Assembly (NCBI GenBank): GCA_964035545.1
Contig: OZ037765.1
Location: forward strand, 29,821,504-29,885,503
Origin: Bugula neritina
Taxonomy: Eukaryota > Animalia > Bryozoa
Reading direction: 5' to 3'
Length of the DNA stretch: 64,000 nt
A program made the position numbers and the translations under genes. The notes under the pieces were generated by a model that did no database searches, was not told where the DNA came from, and saw only the letters and a program-made list of their open reading frames with translations. Positions within the stretch are counted from its first letter, which is position 1. Each line of letters starts with the position of its first letter. This document shows, one piece after another, positions 13,901 through 27,264 of the stretch.

Positions 13901-16900
13901 GAGTTTCGTTGAGCATTAGAAAGAATGGAGGGAGACTCAATATCAGTATCAGTTCCTGTAGAACTTTGAGAATGAGAGCGACGCGGCTTTCTAAGTATAG
14001 ATCTTGGGGGGTTCCTAACATTACATGAGTTGTTAATGTGAGGGTCAGAACAAGCATCAAACTATTATCACAATCACGTGTAGAGAAACTAAACTACGCA
14101 GTAATCAAGTGTTGATAGATGTTAGCAAACAAGAATCAAGTGTAGATTACACTAATATGTTAGTAAGTGTGTCATCCTACAGTACAGTATAGATTATTGT
14201 AAATGTGATGCAATAGTTAGGAGTTCTTGGATAGAGGGTTAATAGAGCAGATGCTATAAAGGTAAAAGTAGTACCAGTTCTATTCCTTTTGTCTCCGAGG
14301 TTAATGTTAAGCCTTTCATTATTTATATCTGATAATCGGGTTAATACTGAATTATTGTCCCTAGCAGTTTAAAGGAATCAAGTACACTATAGGTAGCCAA
14401 TCAAACAGAATGTAAAGTCTACATAATCAGTGAATGTAGAAAATAGTAAAACACCTTTCAGAAGTAGGAGACAAGGGGAGATTGATATGCTTCATGCCGG
14501 GGTTAACGGGAGACGACGGTTTTGTCGCCTCCCTCTCCGAAGAGTGTCTGGATCGAGGTGGATCATCCAGCAGCTTCATGCAGTCATCTAGGGAGCGGAT
14601 AAACGTGTCACACGTCTCACTGAGAAGCACTGAGCTCTCCTCTATTTTCTACAATCAGTACGGCATCTGATGTTGGATATCAAAGATTACAAGATGGAAA
14701 ATTAACAAGAATACCAGAAATAGCATTGTCTTAGCTAGTAATGAAGAACAATGAATGATGTTAACATAAACAGAATACAGATGCCTTCTAGTGAACAGAT
14801 TGCAAGTAATGGGTGTGGTGTACTAATTACTTAATCGTGCATAATTAAACCTATTTCCACCATTCACTGAAATAATTTCGTTTAAAAAAGTACAATGTGG
14901 AAATTCAGGCAAACATAATCCACATGTTGCTGAAATAGTAATTTAGTTTGTGCCTAAGATGTAAGCGAAGTCAATTACATTATTCACAGAAATAAAAAAA
15001 TGAAGTTGATTACAGATCAACATTTTTACATGGTTTATCAAAAAACAAAAAAAAATTAATAGCAGATTAAGTAGTAAACATTTAAATTACCACAAAAAAT
15101 ACAATTATACCAAGTCTGGCAACCCTGGATGATTGCATAATAAATCCATTAAAGAAGTTATGAACAGACTGCAAAAACCCATCTGGCTAAAGTTTCATAT
15201 AAACCAAAACAACTACGGCTATCCTAGGTGAAAGTATACAATCCATGTACATGTGGCATAAGTTTCTCACACAATAACTAACTGAATTCAAATCTCCATC
15301 GACTATAATGGACATTATGCGCTATATTGCACAAATACAAAGGACTAGAGATGCAAATATGGTATTGAGTGTTTCATGTATGCACATTGTGAGCGACTAT
15401 CAACAGTAAGCATTATCAATACTAGAGTATCACATCATATCACTCACTGATACATCAACAGGTTCCGCACTGTTTGCTTCCTTCATAGCGAAAACTTGCT
15501 GCATTAGTAAATCACAGTATATCCGTAACTCTGACTTCTTTTGCTTTACAACCGATTGTACGACTTTAGTGTCTAAAATTACATAAACAAACTGTAAAAA
15601 GATATACAACCTGCAGCATCTCATGCAACACCACCTCAAAAAACTACAAGTTAGCAAAATGTAAAATAATGAAACATAGAACTTAAAACCTATTTAATTG
15701 AGAAAGCATGAGAGCCATGAGTCAGCAATAAAGACAAAAATAATCAGACTACCTTTTTCAGATCGGTAGTTGGCCGGATCTGAGATGGTCTGAAGGGTGG
15801 CCTTGCAACTTCCTAGTGCAACCAGCCACTGCTGTCTTTCTTTGGCATTTGATGCCTTTAAGTAGAAATGCTGCTCTCTTGCTATGACTAAATCCAGTCT
15901 ACACGGATCACCAAGATCAACTGCCAAGAAATCATATAAAGAATTAAATTAGTAACTCTGAGCATTTCCACATGCCAGTTTTACATAGATGATGAAAGCA
16001 TTTTATCGCAACCTTTGTTCTTTATTAACTTATATGATTATATAGAGACTGGAAATAGTGTCTGTTGATACTAACCATTTACATCACAGACTGACATTTT
16101 GATGGAACCCTTACAGCCTTGGCCGACTTCATCTTGAGAGTTGTAGTAAGACAGTATTCCATTATCTAATATAAACCAGCGGGGTTGCCAACCTACCATA
16201 ACATTAAAATTATGGAAAAAGGTTACAGTTGCAGTCCAAAACAAATCGAAATAGCAGCAAAATATATTGTAGAATTATCCCAAAACTGATTTGTAATTTT
16301 AATTTCACAAGATGAATAATAATATTAACAATAATATTATTTGCAACTAGTTTAGTGTTATATACTCATAATGTGGAATACAAATTTAATAATATAACTA
16401 TGACATTGATGGTTGTCACCATGATTTGCATTTGTAATAATGTTAACATTGATACTGATAGCCATGATATGCAACCATGTAGATGAGTCTTCTACCAGCT
16501 ATTACTATAAGGATACTAATACGAGTGAAACTAAGTATCAGCATGCTAGATAATAACCTTAAATTTAATTATTTATTGACACCATTTATTATTACTCACT
16601 ATTGATAATGATTTAGTTACACAATTACATGAGTAATTTATACTTGTACCCATTGCTATAAAAAATAATAGTAATAGTATGAATGTAACTTGAACTTTTT
16701 TAAATTTTGATGATATGAAAAATCATCATCATAGTGACACTGAATGAATATATCAACTAATAAATTTATAGATGATAAATACATGAATACAATACAAAAA
16801 CTATTACTATAAATAGATTAATACCAATACAGTAATAGTCGTACTCATAGTAATACTAATGACACCACTAACACTGATAGTAACACTAAATATAATACTA

Positions 16901-18009
16901 AATAGTAATACTAATAATAGTAGTATTATAAGATAAAGATTGGGTATCATTGCTTTCAATTCATATTTGAATTTAACAATAATTACTAAATAGTAAATTG
17001 GTCTTGTACTTAATTTTATAGTTAAACTTAATGTTATATTTATAGTAAATAACAATTTGATAATATAACTATTAATAATTACAATTAAATATTAACTTAT
17101 TTATTTAAACTTCAATTTGAAATGATAGATGATAATGATGATGATATTCATATTGATATTTTTCTTGATTTTGATGAAACCAACTTTAACATCAATATGA
17201 TAATCACTAGCATAACTATAAGTACAATTATTGTTTATTGCTATTGATAATCTATAAGATTAAGTATAACTTATAAGTATGATAATGAAGTAGAACTTAA
17301 AGATGACTGATGAGACTCAGACTGAGAGTGAGTATTATTATTATTACTTATCAGTATCACTATCAGTATCAGATTCAGTATGAGTGAAGATGACTATTAC
17401 TATTAGTATTAGTATTACTATGGCTATGACTATCACTATAAGTATAACAATCATCTATGAGTATGAGTATGACTGTAAGTGTACGGATATGACTATGAGT
17501 ATCAGTATGAGTAATACTAATAGTAATACTATTAGTATAAGTATTACTATTAGTCTATTACTCTACTAATACTATTACTATTACTATTAGTATTACTAAT
17601 AGTAATAGTAATACTAATACTGTAATAGTAATACCAATAGTAATATTATTAGTAATAGTAATACCAATAGTAATATTATTAGTAATAGTAATACTGATAG
17701 TAATAGAAATAAATCAAATGTAATAGTAATACTAGAACTATAAGTAATAAGACTAAGTATAAGATTAAGTATAACTTAAACTATAACTTAAACTATAAGA
17801 TAATAACTATAAGTTATTGAGTATAAGTATATAATTATAAATATTTATTTGGTTGATGCATTTTCGAACAACTTCAAATAAAATTAGCATGTAAATTACA
17901 CTACATATCTGGGCTGAAATTTAACTCACAATATTTAATACATCGGCATAAAATTTAATTTAAACTCACCAGACCAATAGTTGGTCCATTTCCACAACAA
18001 GCCCTCCAT
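10992..18009 (-). CDS. PLEKHA8: PLEKHA8/FAPP2-like PH + glycolipid transfer (GLTP) domain protein, 11 exons, 515 aa
   Basis: Exons (minus) 18009-17970, 16192-16076, 15920-15753, 15572-15448, 14648-14455, 13990-13898, 13042-12753, 12545-12487, 12297-12167, 11662-11533, 11192-10992. PH: [44 protein letters not shown]; linker [14 protein letters not shown]; GLTP: [38 protein letters not shown]. Confidence 0.93.
12092..12166. repeat. 10-12-bp degenerate tandem repeat (ACATACTGAT-like) beginning at a PLEKHA8 donor site
   Basis: Sense strand intron begins GTCAGTATGTATCAGTATATGTGTCAGCATATGTGTCAGT... Confidence 0.8.
13612..13850. repeat. 22-bp minisatellite (CTATACATACTGATGTATGTTG) in a PLEKHA8 intron
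   Basis: About 10-11 copies with a sequence gradient along the array. Confidence 0.92.
16800..17835. repeat. Degenerate 6-bp-periodic AT-rich repeat field (TAATAG/TATTAC/TATCAG/TATGAG) in PLEKHA8 intron 1
   Basis: Visible hexamer periodicity; source of the spurious I-T-I-S ORFs 16807-17055 and 17384-17569. Confidence 0.85.
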
Positions 18010-18885
18010 GTGTAATACGAAGCTAGCTTTTACGTTTTCGCATTCAATAGAATAAGATCTGTGTTTTTTTATTAATAAAGCTCAAATATCTTTAAGTTTA
18101 AATAAATTACAAAAATTGTAAAACATGTTATAAATTTTAAATCTGAAATAACTTTTTTTATTGCTAAGTAATTTCATTTTAGGCATAATGTAATTATAAT
18201 TCTTAACCGCGCATAGGTCTTAGCTTTTTAAAAATTAAGCTTGTGTTCTCACAAATTATTTAAACTGTTATATTTCTGAATAACAACCTATTAATAAGAT
18301 CTTAATATTTAGATTTTAGGTTTATCCGTTCAAATGTCCGAAACTTTTCAATTCAGAATTACTTTTTCATTTTGACGAAAAAATTTCATTTTCTTTTACA
18401 GCTAACCCAATGTTGCACTAGTGTTTGTTTCTATAATAAATTTCAGTTGAAACTTTTAAACTCAACTTTTAAGTTTTATCGTTTAGGTAATAATACTAAG
18501 ATAGGTAATATATTTTTTGCCTCTGGTTTAATAATAATAATTTATTAATTAGCTGGTAGCCGTAGTGGCGCTGGTAGTGGTACTGCCACTGGACCTATTA
18601 GTATTAGTATTACTTATTAGTAGTAGTGTAACTGTCAGTAGTATCATTCTTTTTTACTTTAATTTTACTCCGTCCTATAGTTATAGTTCTACTAATACTT
18701 AGTAAATAACTTAGTCTCACTACTCAGTCTTATACCTAATCTTATACTTATGGTTATACTTATAGTTATAGTCACCGAGTTTTACTTGAAGTTTAAATTT
18801 TACTCTTACTTTTTAGTTATTTACTTTGTATTTTATTACCTTTACTTCTACTTTTAGCTTTGCTCTTTTACTTTTAGTTTTAGTC
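18010..18885. promoter_or_regulatory. Probable bidirectional promoter between PLEKHA8 and SNRPA1, including a likely SNRPA1 5'UTR intron
   Basis: Divergent ATGs under 0.9 kb apart; donor-like AG|GTAATA at 18487 and a pyrimidine-rich acceptor ending at 18883, 2 nt before the SNRPA1 ATG. Confidence 0.65.
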
Positions 18886-21259
18886 ATGGTAAAGCTATCA
18901 CCAGAGTTGATAGAGCAATGTGCTTCTTACACTAATCCAGTTCGAGATAGAGAAGTTGATTTTCGAGGTAAGTGCATCATCTTCATGGTTTAGTTTATAT
19001 TAATAATGATATTTTTCATATAGTTTTAAATAAATTTATTGTAGTGGCAATCATTGTTTATTTTATGTAAATCAATCAGCTTTAATAGCAATAATTATTA
19101 AATTCGTAGTTCGTACATGACGGTCACAGTAACAGTAAATTACTTTTTTTAATTATACACTTATAGTGTTATTATTTTTACAGGGTACAAAATTCCAGTA
19201 ATTGAAAATCTGGGAGCCACATTGGTAAGTCAAGTTAAAATTTGGAGATGTTCATAGCAGCCGGTTTGTGTTTATGCAACAATAAATATAATATATTTTT
19301 AATTTCAGGATCAGTTTGACACCATGGACTTTTCAGATAATGAGATTAGAAAATTAGATGGTTTTCCCAACTTATACAGATTAAAAAATATCATCATGAA
19401 CAACAATAAAGTAATGTAAGTTTTAAATGAGCAACTGATAATAGTGTGTATGTAAATTCTGACTGTTATTCTAGCTTGCTTTTTATTAGCTGTAGTACTT
19501 ATAAAGTAAGCAAACTATTTATGCAGACGAATTGGTGAACATCTAGAAGAAAGTGTGCCAAACATTGAGTCCATTATTCTCACAAATAATAACATGCAAG
19601 AGTTGGGAGACCTGGATGTTCTATCTACACTTCCAAAGCTAGAGGTTTTGAGGTTAGTTAACTCTCTTTTAACAAGGGAATATTTTTTGAGAGTTGAGTT
19701 TATCTTAAACCTTTAGTTATTCCTACATCATACTTGATGCCTGTTTTGTACATATTTCACATAATGGTGTCATGGGTTATAGGTCCAATTGTTTTTTGGA
19801 TATCACTGTAGTGCAGAGTTGCTATGTTATGTTAAGTCAAGCCATCGCATGTTATAATCTCGAAGGAATAAATGAGTATACAGTCACTATGTGCTGAATA
19901 TTAAATAATTGCTAATAAATTTATATCACGTGTATAACCAAAACCCAGGCGATGATACTAAGTACGCTGCATGTTTATTTATTTATTTAGTTTATTGGGA
20001 AATCCAGTTACAACGAAGCCTCATTATAGGCAGTATGTCATCAATAAAGTTCCTCAGATTCGCATACTTGACTTCCGAAAAGTTGGTCTAAAGGTAAGAT
20101 GGGTTTTTCATGTCATATTATTTTATAATCAGAAAAGGAAAGTTATTTACTGGCACAAATGTTAGACCTATTACATAGTTGAGAATAAATTATACTGTGT
20201 ATCATCTCTCTTGCAGCGTATAAATGCACTAACTTGGAAGTTTTAAAGCTATTTGCTATAAGGGCACTCATGACGACTGCAAACTGAATAGGAATATCAT
20301 TCTGTTTCAACTCTAATGTGTTGGGCCATTCCATTTTTAATCATGTGGCAGTTTGATCTGAAACAGTTTTGAAAGTTTAAACCGTTTGATTGATCACGAT
20401 TCCACTACTTGTGTTTGCTATGAATAATAGGAGCGAAAAGCAGCAAAATCGCTCTTCAAAGGAAAGAAAGGCGCTCAGCTGGCTAGTAATATTGGTAAGA
20501 GATCCAAGACTTTTGTGCCCGGAGCTGGGCTGGATGCCAAAAAGCCTTATACCAAACAGGATAAAGAGAGAGAGGAGGCTATCAGGGTAAGTTGACAGTG
20601 TATCATATCATTCAACTTTCTCATTGACGTAATAATATAGTTTTCTGTAGACATGTTGTAGTTTACTTTACTTGTTTTTTATGAAAACATGAGTATAGAA
20701 CTTGTTAATGCTATTATGTCATGTATAATTTTACCTATTGAAGCAGTATTTGGTGGAGTAGTAATTTTCTAATGCCCAGTTTACTATATAGTCTCATATT
20801 TTACTCATGTGATGCAGACGGCCATATCAGCTGCCAAGACTCTGGGTGAGGTTGAGAGACTACAGGCTATGCTGGCGGTGAACCAGGTGCCTGGGCTCAC
20901 CACAAATGGCTCAACAAATGGTAAGTCGTCTATGCTAACTAACCCCGCACTATTACTGTAGTATCAGTGTCCTAAGTCTATGATATGGAGAATTATTGAT
21001 GTTATAACTCCTAACATTTTGTGATTTTATTCAAGCAGTGCAGCTGTTTATATAACATTGTTTATATAACATTGTTTTATTCAAGTAAAGGAAATTCAGA
21101 TGTATCCCATAAGTCTGTTGTTCATGTGTTCTCAACTTTGCCTGTTTCATCATTGTTTGGATCAATTGTTTAAATAAATATTAACATTCATTATTTCAAC
21201 AAATATAACTGTGTGCTACTATTTATTCAGGCCAAGTAGAAGAAATGGATGAGCTATAG
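18886..21259 (+). CDS. SNRPA1: U2 snRNP protein A' (LRR), 8 exons, 248 aa
   Basis: Exons 18886-18967, 19184-19224, 19309-19415, 19527-19652, 19991-20093, 20431-20586, 20818-20920, 21231-21259. MVKLSPELIEQ..NPVRDREVDFRGYKIPVIENLGATLDQFDTMDFSDNEIRKLDGFP; LLGNPV..KPHYRQYVINKVPQIRILDFRKV; AKTLGEVERLQAML. Confidence 0.97.
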
Positions 21260-21919
21260 TATTCCTACCTCCTACAGGAAAGAGTAGAGTGTATATATTA
21301 TCAGCCAGAGTTAACACTGATGACTATATGTATATAACCCTGACTATTCCTTTATACCGACTACCATTACTCCATTCTCTTAATGTTATTAAATTGATCA
21401 GAACTGTACGATACTACATAACTGTGTATATATTTGAAACTATCTGAAAATAAATCATTTTAATTTCAACAAAAAACAAATACTATATTTGCTGTCATAG
21501 GACACCAAAGGGCATCTTGCTGACCAGCCGAGAAGCGATGTTCTGCGGTCACAAGACACGTCTTTACTCTCCATTATACACATTTATCGTTTTAACAATT
21601 CACTTCATGGAAACAGGTACTGCAGTGTCAATAAGATTTTTAGAAATATTATTATATTGATGTTTTTGTTTGGGCAGATATATCTGTAGGTATGCGACGT
21701 CATTGGCTTGTCTGTGATTTTCGCTCACCTGATTGGATAGAGCAGGCCGTGATGTGGAGATTACTCCTAAACTGACAAAGGTATTACAAGTTATTACATG
21801 TACATTAGTTTGTGATAGCTCTGCATAATAAATAGAGGCTCTTTATTTATTGTTATGTATTTTATTCTAATATTTCATCAAGTGGAGCACGTTTAGGTTA
21901 GGAATTGTCTTGTTATTAG

Positions 21920-23165
21920 TTAGTCTTCATTTCTGAAATCCTTGGAGATGTCGCTGGCGCAGTGAGCAGAATTGGGGTCCAAATAGTGATAATATCTGCC
22001 GGTTTTCATTATTGCCAGTTTATTACAGTTTGTGTGACAGTTCTCTGTGTGTCTCCAGTCCCAGTCTTTCTTGCCAAAGTTTACTTCACGTTGATATTCA
22101 GAAGCAGCAGAACTTTGAAAGCAATCATAAGTTTTCATCTCCCGGTCTGTTGGGTTATATTTTCCAAATTTGTCTGCACTTGGCTTTTCATCTTTTGTAC
22201 AGTTGAAACTATCCGTCTCCTGTAGATTTCTAGAGTGTTCTACCGCCCTTTTCTGGTAAGCTGCTGTTTGCTGCCTAGTGTCTGCTGTCATGTAGTTGCT
22301 GCCAGCTATCAATCTGTGTTGATCTCCTATACATGGTACTGGTAAGTCTCTATGGAGGGGATTCTGTATTGATCTCAGAGAGACAGTCTGCGTGTCTGGC
22401 ATCACATACCTGCTGTATCTTTGTCGTAACTGTATTCTGTCCAAATCCCATAATCCTCTGTATCCTGCACCCAGTGGCTCAAATGGTGCCGCTTTTTTGT
22501 ATATAGGAGGTGTGAGGTACGAAGTTATGGTTGGTGCTTTGTGCTGTATATAAAATGTAAAGTGAGATTTTTTATAAATCCAATACTAATCGCTAGTTTT
22601 TTTTATTTACTCAAGTGTTTGCCAACTTGTTTCTTTATTTGAGTTATTTAAGATGCAATTCACCTTTTTAAAACTCTTTCATGCATTACGATAAACCACC
22701 ATTTTTCAGATGTCTCTAAGGTATCATTCAATTAACTTGGTCAAACAACTGTTTTATCAGCTCTCCAAAAAGCTCGGCGTGGCATGCATTTAATTTTGAG
22801 CCACCCTTTTTGCACTATGTACTGAGGAGTTGTGCGTCTTCTAGCTTTTCTTATTCAGGCATTAGAAGCCATCAAATTGGCAATGCCATAACTATAACTA
22901 TGACTAGTGTACCTATAACTAGTATAACTATATGACAAAAATATTAAATATGTAGTAAATTTGCTTTTATAATAAACAGTTACCCAAAACCCCTAACTGG
23001 TAGAAAGGTGTGTTAAGTAGTGCTCACTTCATTCCAAGTATGTCTCAAATGAGCAACCCCTTGTTCCAGATCAGACTGGCCCAAGGATTTCTGGTAATAG
23101 GGGTGGGTCCAGTTGGAGGAGTTGTACCACCCACTAGACTCCTGGTGTATCATGGAATTCTTCAT
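21920..23165 (-). CDS. Uncharacterised 253-aa hydrophilic protein, 2 coding exons
   Basis: Exon 23165-23028 (MKNSMIHQESSGWYNSSNWTHPYYQ...HTWNE, donor GTGAGC) joins in phase 0 to exon 22543-21920 (acceptor TATACAG; HKAPTITSYLTPP...DFRNED*). No recognisable domain. Confidence 0.7.
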
Positions 23166-23697
23166 ACCAAACCCCTACTGCTCTACTGAAACTAACTTTG
23201 ACGATTTCAACAAAATTTACATTGACTATTGAGTGGCAACTGCAATAACAGGCTAAATTTACATGGACATAGCATCATTCTTTAAAACACAAATGTGGAC
23301 AATGCATTGTTGTGAGTTGAAATGATAAAGTAACGTCTGTGATTTTACACAATCATGAAATAAGTACTCTGGTTTCCATAATAAAAACTAGGAACAAGTT
23401 GTTTTATTGTCTTTTCCATGCTTAGATCTTTTCCATTTTATGTGCATTTTCTTATTCAATCTGTTTTAATGTAAACATAATGTATATGAGCTATTAATTT
23501 ACACAAATGCTATTCGGTAAATAAAGGCATTTAATAAAAATTTTATTTAAAACTTGGTTTGAACATTCAAATGACAAATATGTGTTGCGTTTAAAGATAA
23601 TATTTGTATAAACTTTATACCAGGGTGGTAGGAGTCTTTATAGCTAAAGATAGAAATAATGTAGTGAGTATTGTTTCAATTTGCTAGTGATTTGCTT

Positions 23698-25027
23698 TTA
23701 GAACCCATAAACTTCAAACTCTAATATCTCCAAATAGTCTAGACTGCCATTGGTTAACTTCTGCACTCTAACATATTGACCGCTGACCAATTTGGTGCAG
23801 GGCACTAGTCTAGCCTCTCCAACCGAAAAGGCAGTTTCAGTATAGGCACACAGGCCATAGCTCTCCATATTCATAGAGACTGTTATTTCTAAGTTTTGAA
23901 GGATTGCTGTAATATAAAGCATTTCATTTTGATATGCGAAATTTCTTCAACCAATATGGCTCTATTAGCTAACCAAAATATCTTGTAATTCGTCTATTAT
24001 TCATGACTTTAGTTTTTAGATATCACAAGCTAAATGAATATTTCAAATTCTACATACATTTGCAGCAAGTGCTGTCAGCCCTGGACCACACCTTGACAGA
24101 CTCTATATTGTAAGGTTTGTGTAGTTCTACTTGATACCATGGGTCTTCCTCTAAGTCAGTAGAAGCAAAATTCTCCATTCCAAAAAAGGTTAGAGTGTCT
24201 GGCATTTCGCCATCAACCCCTTTGCATACACCAAAATGCTTGCTACCAGCACCAGGTCTACTTGAAGAAGCTATAGCCGGCTGACCTGTTTAACCATAAC
24301 GTAATCATTTCCTTTACCATGTGGTGGTTAGGATTTATACTATAACATTGCTATTGTAGTTGATGGCTAAAGTCAAGTTGAAGTAAATTTTAGCTTGCAA
24401 AAATTTAACCTAGAGTTGAGTTGGTTTCTTTATCGTTCTCTTTATAGTGAGCTAACTATTTTAGCAATTATTTTTTACAAACCTTTTTTAGAACACTTAG
24501 TTTTGTATATCTCTCATGACTTGTACTTACTCACCTACAGCCAAGTTGCTTAGGACTTCTGACAAATGTTTTATAAACACTCTTTCCTCCAAACAGCTGT
24601 TGTCTCCTGAATTTTCAACATATGGGTACATGAAGCATCTTCCTAGTTTATGTGAACTGGATTCATAAACAAAACCATTACATGTATCTTCATTCGATTG
24701 GCAATTCAAAGCACATTCCGTTTCGGTTCTGACACCAGATTCCAGTTTTTCATCTTTGTATCTTATACAGTATTGTGTTTGTAGCTCAAAGGTGTCACCT
24801 AAGCAGAAACACAAAGCTATCTTCCAATTGTGCATGTAACCAAGGTCATTCGATAAATAGAGTATATTAAGGCAAAATGCATACTTTATAGCTCAACCAC
24901 ACACAGCATGGTTTACCTTTTTAATTTTATTAGCAAAAAGTATATTTCTCTTACCCAAAGCTGCCACATTCCAAATGCTTGCAATTATACAAACTTTTAT
25001 CAGCTGATAGCTTTTTTCCAGCATCAT
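23698..25027 (-). CDS. Secreted PAN/apple-like + F-type lectin (F5/8 type C fold) protein, 4 exons, 257 aa
   Basis: Exons 25027-24955, 24798-24535, 24285-24058, 23906-23698. Signal-like N-terminus; PAN-like ECALNC..TCNGFVY..GRC; F-type lectin hallmarks NLAVGQPAIASS, GVDG, EEDPWYQVEL, IESVKVWSRAD..CC, GQYVRVQ, LEILEFEVYG. Confidence 0.85.
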
Positions 25028-27121
25028 TGCAGCCTGTATTTTGTTTAAATGATGAAAAACATGTGAGATGAAACTGGGCAGAGTTTCTTGCTATTCTCCA
25101 GAGATATATCTGATAGTTCATTCTTTGTCCTCTGTAAGGGCATGCTAGCTTATTCTTGATACCATTTCCTGACTATATTCAAGTAATATTATTTTCAATT
25201 TGAAGGGCATTCACTGGTTTTATATTTGACTAAATGCTTTGATGTAATTTCGTTATGGAGATATGTTAATGAATTCGCAGCTTATCTGAATTTAGTGCAT
25301 AGAGAAACGTTTCCTGATAATTCCCAAATGCTAGATTTAATTTACATGTCAGTGTATATATATAGTTTCTATGGCCTCACAAGTAGATACTAATGTTACA
25401 TATGCATCAGTTATTAGACTACAGTATGAAGACAGTCCAGTTATAATACTGCAAATCTTGGCTTGAAGATGAAAGAGCTCTGTTAGCTGCACTTTTGGAA
25501 CATATAAATAGTAGTCTATACATTATATTGTTTTTGTACTTGGCATTGGTCTACAATCTACACAGTTATAGATGACACAGTCCTACATAATCAGACTGAC
25601 TAACTGAGGCTTTTTACCATTTATCTTACAAATTTGCTTGTTTAGTGAAATTTACTTTGCTTTACTTTTTGCTGACAAAAATTTAAGAAAATATCGAATT
25701 GACTAATAACAGATTTCATCAGTTAAACATGGAAGAATGGCCTAATCAGTCACACTTCTATATATGTTTGTTTTAAATTAATGTCTTTTTTCACCTTCGC
25801 TCTTTTCATGTGACTAAAAAGTTTAATACTCGCCAGCATTTGACAAAGCTCTAATAGTAGTTTGTATACTGAGACAATACATGCTACAATGTGGAAAGAC
25901 AGCAATACCTCCCTCATTCAGCATAATGTATTCATAAGACCTTTAGCCATCTAACATCACAGAATTGAGGATGTTGATGCAAATACATGTATGCTAGATA
26001 GTATGAGGTCTGCAATGACTTATATTTTTAGCAAATATTTTTTCAATTGATTTTTAGAACTGTTTTGAGAATATATTGCTGCACAAATATTGACAAACTA
26101 ATACTATAGCACTACATCATTCAGCTATATATTTCACGAAAAGTTGTAAACATTGGGATTTGCTTGATTTAGGTCATCGTAATTTTAAATGTTTGCTCTT
26201 GAATGCAACCATCTTTTGAACTCCTGGTAAAACTATCAATGCACCAATTTAGCCAAGGAACTACTATAATCACTGTAAAGCCTACAGATTTTTCTACTGC
26301 CTAATATAAAAAAGTCATCTAAATTTTTGTAATCAGCTTTGCTGTTTGGGCTAATATTATGTTTAGACTCCTTTTAGATTAGCTTCTTGAAACTTTATAT
26401 AAAAGACAGCTAATTTTATTTTGGAATAAGCTGAAATACTTGATTTGGCGACTTGATTCAACTTGACCTAAATATTTCCAAAAATCAAAATACTCAATTT
26501 CCTAACGCTGCCTTAGCATTCCACCGAAGTGGTCAAATATTAAATTATAATGATTTGTAGCACTTGGCCATTTAATTTCAATACTGTTGGAGATTTAATG
26601 ACTTGTTATTTAGTGGTGCTGGCTATTATTAATGTAAGTACTTTTAATTTTAATATTCATTGAGTTTAGCTATAATATAGTATTGGTTTTAGCATAGCCA
26701 GACCCGTGGCAACCAAAGTTATTCTTTTTATTTAATTGTATGCAACGTTTGAAATAGACTTATTTGAAATTAACTTCGTATAATATTTTTACCTAAATAA
26801 AATCATATTGACTCCAGTCAGTTTGCATTGGATCACTGATCGATCTATGTTGCAAGATTTTTGTGTATTAACCTAATATTTGACTGGACTTGCTGTGACT
26901 TTGGTATCTGCTGTCATTCTTGCGCTGTCAGCTTATGCTGGGAATGCAGTTTTAGAAAACAAATTAACTAATCAGTACATATCAATAGCATAATAATATA
27001 CATAGATTAAATAAGTGTAACACATCAAGTGATAGCACTGGCATAGCATCCATGTTTTATTTTATGCACTCCACACTTACACCAACTCCAATCAAAGGTG
27101 CCATTATCATCAAGTATAAAA

Positions 27122-27204
27122 GTGCACATATAATATATATAACATATTGAGGTATTTACCTGTGCACATAATATATATAACATATTGAGGTATCTACCTG
27201 TGCA
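27122..27204. repeat. 38-40-bp tandem duplication just 3' of the NPH3-like gene
   Basis: GTGCACAT(AT)AATATATATAACATATTGAGGTATYTACCT twice, plus the start of a third copy. Confidence 0.9.
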
Positions 27205-27264
27205 TCTAATATTCAAAATAAACGAATCATAACTAAACACCACTATTTATGTTATAAGTATATA

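Noticed and set aside
13848-14060. Hydrophobic ORF ([15 protein letters not shown]) suggesting a TM segment
   Set aside because: Wrong frame; the real exon 13990-13898 reads [12 protein letters not shown].
14275-14360. Exon-like open segment in a PLEKHA8 intron ([11 protein letters not shown]..)
   Set aside because: Enters in phase 2 but exits in phase 1, breaking the frame; 14455 to 13990 splicing is already consistent.
15113-15127. CTGGCAACCCTG resembling a DNA-transposon terminal repeat
   Set aside because: No partner TIR or TSD found nearby.
17306-17335. CTGATGAG followed by a small stem, hammerhead-like
   Set aside because: No GAAA core or stems I/III; lies in the hexamer repeat field.
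21501-21616. Exon-like segment downstream of SNRPA1 as an alternative last exon
   Set aside because: Gives only GHQRASC* in the SNRPA1 frame; no independent support.
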